Positions 57,928-64,000 of a stretch of 64,000 bases of DNA are shown here, in pieces. This DNA comes from an uncultured Planctomycetota bacterium (GTDB lineage: Bacteria > Planctomycetota > Planctomycetia > Isosphaerales > Isosphaeraceae), in NCBI GenBank assembly GCA_963823665.1, contig CAWGMQ010000011.1:384001-448000 (forward strand), given 5' to 3'. Each line of letters opens with the position of its first letter. Within the stretch, counting starts at the first letter, position 1. The notes beneath the pieces are model-generated. The model had not been told where the DNA came from, did no database searches, and saw only the letters and a program-made list of their open reading frames with translations. The translations under genes and the position numbers were made by a program.

Positions 57928-59175
57928 TTAACCGTAATTATTCATGGATTGAGTCGCGCGACTTCCGCTGGAGGGCCGCGTTACCAGGCTGGCAACCTGG
58001 CCAGAAGCAGGGTAGACCGGCGAGCAAACACGTTGAGACGAGACGCTCACGCCCAGGGCGGCTAGCAAACGCGACAACTCGTCCTCGAGCCGCGGCCGTC
58101 GCAGATAGTCTGCCCGGAGCTGCTCGGCCCGCTGGGGAAAGCAGCTCGATCGGAGGGCGGCGATCACGTCTGCTTCGCGGACCAGGGAATAGGCCAGCGG
58201 TGCGTCATCCGGAACCTCAACCAGGTTGCCGATGACTTTGATCGCGGCGCATCCGGCGGAAACCGATCTGCGGTATCGCGCCGATTCGTAATAGAAGACA
58301 TTGGATTGTCCAATCCATATATTGCATTTCGTAAGAGAAAGAATGTGTTCGACCTGGCTGCCCTTCCAGGGCGAGCAGCCGAGATCCAGCAGCGCCGCAG
58401 AGTCGCTCAGGTAGACCAATCCACCGGGGTCGAACTCCGAAACGAGGAGATCGGTTAGCCAGATCCGATCTTGATTCTTGATTCCGAGATGCGCCCAGGG
58501 CAGCGGCCGGTCGTTCAGCGACAGGGCTGGTGAGGCGCCCAGTGAGTCGGCTTCGTCCGCTAGCAGCCCGTCGAAGATGTGGTGAAAAGGCATCCGGCGC
58601 TTGCGGAGAGCGCGATCATTCTGCGGAAGAACTCCTGAATCGACGATTGCATCGGCGCCTACGCGCTCGCTGGCGCGCAGGTTTCTCGCGAACCAAGTCG
58701 AGGTGACCGGCTCGACCGACAAACTCAGAAGGACCTGGGCCCGCTTCCGAATCGCGCGAAGGGACCGCATTACCGACACTCCGCCGTTTGCGCGGAGAAT
58801 CTCGCTCAGTCCGCTGAGAATGCACAGATCGAGAGATCCTTGAGGAATGTCAGCCAGCTCACAACAAAGGACCCGGAAGCCCAGACCGCTCAGCGCCCGG
58901 CCAACGCGAGTGGTATACCCGTGGTAGTAGTCGTTCTGAGCACCCGGAGAGACAATGACAACCGCCGGGAGGTCCGCATGACTCCTTGCAGCCGAGCCTG
59001 CATCAATTCGTTGACGCGGATCACCCATATTCGCAGCCCTCCTGGCTTCAGCCCGACCGTCGTCCGCCGGTATTATCGACACTTCCGTCGTGAACCACCA
59101 CGTTCTCAGCGCAGCGAGGTGAAGTTTTGTTGTGCCTATCGCTTCGCGGCACACAACTTTGGAAAGGACGGCCAT
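57928..59175 (-). CDS. Hypothetical protein, possibly divergent glycosyltransferase
   Basis: 415-aa ORF co-oriented with GT genes; YYESARY near C-terminus; start uncertain. Confidence 0.6.
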   Translation of the reverse strand: MAVLSKVVCREAIGTTKLHLAALRTWWFTTEVSIIPADDGRAEARRAANMGDPRQRIDAGSAARSHADLPAVVIVSPGAQNDYYHGYTTRVGRALSGLGFRVLCCELADIPQGSLDLCILSGLSEILRANGGVSVMRSLRAIRKRAQVLLSLSVEPVTSTWFARNLRASERVGADAIVDSGVLPQNDRALRKRRMPFHHIFDGLLADEADSLGASPALSLNDRPLPWAHLGIKNQDRIWLTDLLVSEFDPGGLVYLSDSAALLDLGCSPWKGSQVEHILSLTKCNIWIGQSNVFYYESARYRRSVSAGCAAIKVIGNLVEVPDDAPLAYSLVREADVIAALRSSCFPQRAEQLRADYLRRPRLEDELSRLLAALGVSVSSQRVCSPVYPASGQVASLVTRPSSGSRATQSMNNYG

Positions 59176-59337
59176 TCCGATCCGCTTTTAGCCGGTTTTG
59201 GGAGGGATTCAGCCAGTCCCACACTTCATCTTTGGCTTAGCTTGTGAAAGTAGCCCAGATCCTACACTTCCATCCGGGCGAAGAGCCTGAACATGGTTTG
59301 ACTCCAGGGGACCGTCCTCGCTGATGACGTTGCAGCC

Positions 59338-59928
59338 TCATCCCTCCGGGCGATCGAGAAGTTCCTTCAGTCTCGCCGCGAGCTCCGCCGGCAGCTTGAG
59401 TAACCAGGATTCGTCAATCAATTCGACGCCGATCATGTCGCGGAGGTGCGTTCGATCCTTGTCGCGAAATGAAGTCAGCTTCATTCTCACGAGCGACTCG
59501 AACGCGACCACGTTGTGGGCGCCGACGATTGTCGACTCGGTGACCTCGGGTGCGGGAATTGGATCGGCAGAGCGAACTCTTTCGCCGGCAAACAGAATAT
59601 GGACTGCGTCCCGGGCCTTCGCGCCGGGACCGTCAAGGAACATATCGATTCCTTTTACATGCCGGAATGTGAAGCCGGCCGTCGCGAGCGTGGTTTTCAC
59701 CGCTTCGAGGTCGGCACGCCTGATGAGCAAGTCAACATCCTGAGTGTTTCGCACTGCGGCTTCATCGACAGTCGCAACCCAGGCCGCCACAGCGTTTCCC
59801 CCGACAACGGCATACGGAATACCAGCCGCTTCGAGGGCGGCGGCGGCCCGATGCAGACGCTCTCGAACTTTCTCCACGGCTCGCACCATCCTGTCCAGGA
59901 TCTCTTCGGTCAGGTGAAGTTCGTTCAT
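59338..59928 (-). CDS. Nucleotidyltransferase-fold protein (pol-beta superfamily)
   Basis: YAVVGGNAV, RNTQDVDLL, LVRMKL, RDKD. Confidence 0.8.
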   Translation of the reverse strand: MNELHLTEEILDRMVRAVEKVRERLHRAAAALEAAGIPYAVVGGNAVAAWVATVDEAAVRNTQDVDLLIRRADLEAVKTTLATAGFTFRHVKGIDMFLDGPGAKARDAVHILFAGERVRSADPIPAPEVTESTIVGAHNVVAFESLVRMKLTSFRDKDRTHLRDMIGVELIDESWLLKLPAELAARLKELLDRPEG

Positions 59929-59929
59929 T

Positions 59930-61276
59930 TCAAATCCCCTGTTTGTCGATGGTATAAGGAAGCACCTTCACCTTGCGGGCCTTGAGGGGCGCGAGTGCGT
60001 CTTGGAGCTTCGCTTGTTCTGTTTGCTGAGCGTCGGGTGAGGCTGGCGATAAGAGCCCCGGAGCCTTGTCGGGATCGCGCAGCTCATTTGCATCGAGCAG
60101 AAAAACGAAATCGCCCGGGCGCAAATCGAGAGACATGATGAGCGCGGCCGTTGAAGCGGCATGCGACTCGGTATGCTCGACCCCGCCCGCACCGACCACC
60201 GTCAAGATGCTGGCACCGAGGCCGGCTGCCTTGAGATCCGCGAACGTGTCGCGTAATTCTTCGTCAGCCCATTGCTGGTGATAAAGCCGCCTCACCACGG
60301 CGTCTCCCGAGGCGACCCCGACACTCACGCGCGCCAGGCCGAGTGCAGCCAGTGCGTTCCACGCAACGCCTCCGGAAGCGCCCGGGCGAAAGTTGTCCAG
60401 AAAAACATGGACGCCATCGAATCGCGGTGCGAGATCGCCCCCATTTGGCACTCGATCACGGCCCGGTTTTGCCGCGGCAGCCTCGATTGGGAAGACCTCG
60501 CCGATCGCAGTCAGATGCTCCTTCAGATCAGACTCCGGCAGCCGCAGCACATCGCTTCCTGCGAGGAAAATGGCGCGACTTTGCAGAAGCCTGCGGCCCC
60601 ACAACGCTGCGACCTCGCGAGCATGCTGACGGAATTCATCCGGGGAACGTCGACGTGGCTCCACGACCGGAGCCCGCCCCGACCCAAATTGGTCGGTCTG
60701 ACCGAGCGTTGCCTGCAAGACAACCGCATTCAGGCACTCCGGAGGTAGGAATGGCATCGGGCCGTAGGTCTCGAAATACCGTCCGCGATGCGCGAACCAG
60801 GCGGCGGCGTCCCAGCGCGCGATCTGAGCGAGAAACTCGCGCAGCTCGTCTGACGGCAGAGCGATTGCCTTGGGCGAGGAAGGTTCGACGCGTCCGAGCT
60901 TGCCGGCGTCTAGATCGGCGATCAAGTCGAGCGCCATCGAGCGAATCTGCGCGTCGAATTCGCTCGCGGCGGCTTGTGTCAACGTGTTCCGCTTGAGCAC
61001 AAGATTCGGGCCTTCACGAACCCGATCGATGGACTGGACACCACCGTCGAGCGATTTCCGATAGTGCGTGCCATCCACAAACGCCCGTTGCCAGCGGCCT
61101 TCGAGGTCGAAGTGATAAAATGGGGCGTCTCCGAAATAAACGGCGAATGCACCCGGCTTGAATCCCGTGAAGATCGGCTCGCCATGGCCCTGTACGGGCT
61201 TCAACCCGACCCGCCGCCGGTAGGTGGCACCCTGCTCGATCAAACACGCCGCCTCGGAAAGATGACCTTCCGCCAT
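59930..61276 (-). CDS. Radical-SAM-like protein lacking CxxxCxxC
   Basis: FLPPE..VVLQATLG followed by QTDQFGSGR where the Cys motif is expected; also IFLAG, RVSVGVASG, VGAGG. Confidence 0.7.
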   Translation of the reverse strand: MAEGHLSEAACLIEQGATYRRRVGLKPVQGHGEPIFTGFKPGAFAVYFGDAPFYHFDLEGRWQRAFVDGTHYRKSLDGGVQSIDRVREGPNLVLKRNTLTQAAASEFDAQIRSMALDLIADLDAGKLGRVEPSSPKAIALPSDELREFLAQIARWDAAAWFAHRGRYFETYGPMPFLPPECLNAVVLQATLGQTDQFGSGRAPVVEPRRRSPDEFRQHAREVAALWGRRLLQSRAIFLAGSDVLRLPESDLKEHLTAIGEVFPIEAAAAKPGRDRVPNGGDLAPRFDGVHVFLDNFRPGASGGVAWNALAALGLARVSVGVASGDAVVRRLYHQQWADEELRDTFADLKAAGLGASILTVVGAGGVEHTESHAASTAALIMSLDLRPGDFVFLLDANELRDPDKAPGLLSPASPDAQQTEQAKLQDALAPLKARKVKVLPYTIDKQGI

Positions 61277-61409
61277 AATTCGCTCTCCTCGAAATCGGGA
61301 ACACACACTATATTACGCGATCCCAGGCACGTGCGCCGGCGCTTCGCGCTGCGCTCGCCGGGATCTTCCTGCCCCAAGATGGCGGCAGGGTCGTTGCAAG
61401 GAGGATGCA

Positions 61410-63149
61410 TTGGAGCAGGAGAAAACGCCGGCTCAAGCGAGCACGTCGAACAATTGGTTCCGTCCAAGGCTGCGCTGGAGCTGGTTCGAGCCGGCATCCT
61501 ATGCGCTTCTGGCACTCGTGCTCAACCTGGCCGGCAACGCTCAGACCGGCCTCTGGGATCGCGACGAGCCGCGGTACGCTGTCTGCGTGCGCGAAATGCG
61601 CGAGCGCAGCGACTGGATCTTTCCGACCTTCAACGGCGAGCCGCGCTACCATAAGCCCGTGCTGATTTACTGGCTGATGCGACTGGGAACGGCGATTGGC
61701 GGAGACAATCCCTTTGGCATTCGCCTGATCTCATCGATCGCCGGAGCCGCCACTGTGCTTGGCGTGACAGTACTGGGCCGGAGAATGCTGGGTTGCTACG
61801 GCGGCCTGGCGGGGTTGATCCTGGCCACGGCGCCGATCGCGGTTGCCGAGTCGAAGCTGGCGACCACGGACGCAACCCTGGCCTTTCTCATCTTCGCATG
61901 CCAGTTCTGCCTCTGGGAGCTCGGTGAGCGCCCATCGCACACGCTGGCGGGCCTGTTCTGGTTGTTCATGAGCCTCGGAATCCTCGTCAAGGGCCCGGTT
62001 GCGCCGGCACTCGTCGCTGCGTCATTCATTTTGGCCTGGTGTTGCGGTTGGCGCACGGCGGCGTGGAAACGACTGTACTGGCGAAACGGCCTGATCGGAC
62101 TGGCGGTCATCACACTCCCCTGGTTCGTGGCGATCAGCGTTGCCTCGAGAGGCGAGTTCCTTCGGTTTGCGATCGGCCGGCAGATCCTGCATCGCGTTTC
62201 GACCGACATGGAAGCTCATGGCGGTTTTCCCGGCTACTACCCGGTCGTGTCGACGCTGGTCTTTTATCCCTGGTCGGTATTTATCCCGGCCGCACTCCTT
62301 GGTGCGTGGGTGCACAGAAAGAAGAATCCCGCTCTTGGATTCCTGATCGGCTGGGCGATCGGACCGCTGATCTTGCTCGAGTGTTTCAAGACGAAGTTGA
62401 TCCACTATTATCTTCCCGCATTTGCAGCATGTGCCTTGCTCTTGTCGTGGCTGGTGGGCGCTCTCGCCTCGGACGAAGTCAACATCAGACGCAGGCCGCT
62501 GGGCCGGCTGGCACTGGCGCTTCTGGTTGGTATCGGGCTTGCCGGCGCTGTCGCGCTCTCGGCCGCCGCTGTGTTCGTGCGGGGCGCTCTCGCACTTCCG
62601 ATGCTCGTGGTCGGCTTGCTCATCGCTCTCGCAGCGCTGGTCGGCATGTTGTGGCTTCAGCGCGGGTCGACCGAGCGAGCTATGTACTTCGTTGCCGGGA
62701 CCTGGGCGGCCATCTTGTTTTGTTGCAGCGTCTGGCTGGTGCCGCTCGTGGAGCCATATCGCACGTCGCGGATCATCGGGGAGAAACTGGCGGCCCATTC
62801 AAGGGCGCTGGGAATTGAGCCGGTCTTGCTCGAGTATCAAGAGCCCGGCGTGATCTATGCACTGGGCCACCCGATCGCGACCACTCGCGACCGCGATGGC
62901 TTCTATGCTCATCTCGAGGGCGGGCGCTCCGTGCTCACCGTGGCGCTTCCCAGCGAAATCGCGGTGATGCGCAAGCATTTCGGGCTGGTGGTGACTCCCG
63001 TGGACGAGGTTGACGGCTTCGTGTTGACCAAAGGCAAGAGCCAGACGCTCCAGATCGCGGTGGTTCGTGCAGGAGAAGCTCCCGCGGCCGACGAGCCGCT
63101 AGACCCGAACGTTCACCGGGTGGGTCTCAAGGAGACGCTCATAAAGTGA
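61410..63149 (+). CDS. ArnT-like GT-C glycosyltransferase (PMT_2 family)
   Basis: WDRDEPRY, YHKPVLIYW, LVKGP, KLIHYYLP, many TM helices. Confidence 0.9.
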   Translation: MEQEKTPAQASTSNNWFRPRLRWSWFEPASYALLALVLNLAGNAQTGLWDRDEPRYAVCVREMRERSDWIFPTFNGEPRYHKPVLIYWLMRLGTAIGGDNPFGIRLISSIAGAATVLGVTVLGRRMLGCYGGLAGLILATAPIAVAESKLATTDATLAFLIFACQFCLWELGERPSHTLAGLFWLFMSLGILVKGPVAPALVAASFILAWCCGWRTAAWKRLYWRNGLIGLAVITLPWFVAISVASRGEFLRFAIGRQILHRVSTDMEAHGGFPGYYPVVSTLVFYPWSVFIPAALLGAWVHRKKNPALGFLIGWAIGPLILLECFKTKLIHYYLPAFAACALLLSWLVGALASDEVNIRRRPLGRLALALLVGIGLAGAVALSAAAVFVRGALALPMLVVGLLIALAALVGMLWLQRGSTERAMYFVAGTWAAILFCCSVWLVPLVEPYRTSRIIGEKLAAHSRALGIEPVLLEYQEPGVIYALGHPIATTRDRDGFYAHLEGGRSVLTVALPSEIAVMRKHFGLVVTPVDEVDGFVLTKGKSQTLQIAVVRAGEAPAADEPLDPNVHRVGLKETLIK

Positions 63150-64000
63150 GCGAAGCTCGCGGGCCATCGTCTCGTGCCGGAACTGATCGGCAAATCGCCT
63201 GCGGCCTTCCTGGCCCATGGCGGCACGGGTCGACGGACTGGCGGCCAGATCAAGGATCGCCCGTTTCAGCCCACTCAGATCGCGGGGCTCGAGCAGGACG
63301 CCTGTTTCCGGTATGACAACTTCGCGAGCGCCGTCGATGTCGTAGCTGATCACCGGGCGTCCCACCAGAAGCGCCTGGGGAAGAACGCGCGCGAGGCCCT
63401 CGCGCAGGCTGGGGTGGATCACCGCGTCGACAGCGTTCAACAGCTCCGGAATGCGGTCGGGCGGAACCAGCCCAGTAAGGATGAACGATCGCCGGATGCC
63501 AAGCCGCTCGAGCTCGGCGGTCAGCCGGTTCCGGAGGATGCCGTCGCCGATCCAGACGAACTTCACGTTCGGGTTCGAAGCGAGAACCTCGCGGGCAACG
63601 GCGATGATGTCGTCGTGTCCCTTGAGCTCGAAGAGGCGAGCAACAGTGGCGAACGCAACGTCGTCAGCGGCCAGCCCCAGCTCGCACCGGACTTCCTCGC
63701 GCGAGCGGCGGGGCGTGAGGAAGGCATCGGCGTCCATCCCGCTATACACGGTGATGAACTGTTCCGGCCGGCCCACGCTTGCGGCAAGCGCCTGCGAGGT
63801 CATGGCATCGCACACGCTCACAATGGCGTGCGCCCGGCCGGCGGCCCACTTCTCAACCGCGATGTACAGGCGGTTCTTGAGCGGTGTCTCGAACGGGCCG
63901 AACGGCATCCCGTGGATGGTGTGCACAATCGCCGGCACGCGTTCGTGCCACGCGGCGGCCCGGCCCACGATGCCCGCCTTCGAGCTGTGGGTGTGTACAA
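63099..64000 (-). CDS. GT4 glycosyltransferase (5' end outside window)
   Basis: HTHSSKAG, HTIHG, VARLFELKGH, SLREGLARV. Confidence 0.9.
   Translation of the reverse strand, partial: VHTHSSKAGIVGRAAAWHERVPAIVHTIHGMPFGPFETPLKNRLYIAVEKWAAGRAHAIVSVCDAMTSQALAASVGRPEQFITVYSGMDADAFLTPRRSREEVRCELGLAADDVAFATVARLFELKGHDDIIAVAREVLASNPNVKFVWIGDGILRNRLTAELERLGIRRSFILTGLVPPDRIPELLNAVDAVIHPSLREGLARVLPQALLVGRPVISYDIDGAREVVIPETGVLLEPRDLSGLKRAILDLAASPSTRAAMGQEGRRRFADQFRHETMARELRSLYERLLETHPVNVRV

Overview
GC-rich bacterial chromosomal segment, most likely from a planctomycete (Isosphaeraceae/Singulisphaera-like). This rests on the EALEDRQLLA extracellular motif, a DUF4058-like gene, a PEP-CTERM protein and planctomycete-style intergenic repeats. 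About 13 genes, including essential leuS, are split by 1-2 bp indels in homopolymer or dinucleotide runs, which points to long-read consensus error rather than real pseudogenes. Left third (1-22300) is accessory: a poly-HAMP hybrid histidine kinase, a second hybrid kinase and a lone receiver; internally deleted remnants (TPR-CHAT, pentapeptide-TIR, DUF4058); an Imm31-like gene; an orphan integron-cassette-like DUF5076 gene; S1/P1 nuclease; ArsR with its operator; and a large secreted protein plus a PEP-CTERM protein. It ends at a 5'-truncated tRNA-Leu(CAA) preceded by three 11-bp-phased direct-repeat pairs (att-like). The rest is mostly housekeeping (fabH, ispH, pyrR-pyrB-pyrC, sucC-sucD, leuS, prs) with an orphan DNA methyltransferase, an Hsp70-like gene, a Trx-NHL protein, an AAA+/VWA pair and a glycosyltransferase cluster. 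Best leads: (1) a ~200-nt rod-shaped RNA with promoter and terminator upstream of leuS (6S-like, or a leuS switch); (2) a radical-SAM-like protein lacking CxxxCxxC, coupled to a small nucleotidyltransferase; (3) the att-like tRNA remnant; (4) the attC-flanked cassette. All family calls are motif recognition by eye; no searches were run.
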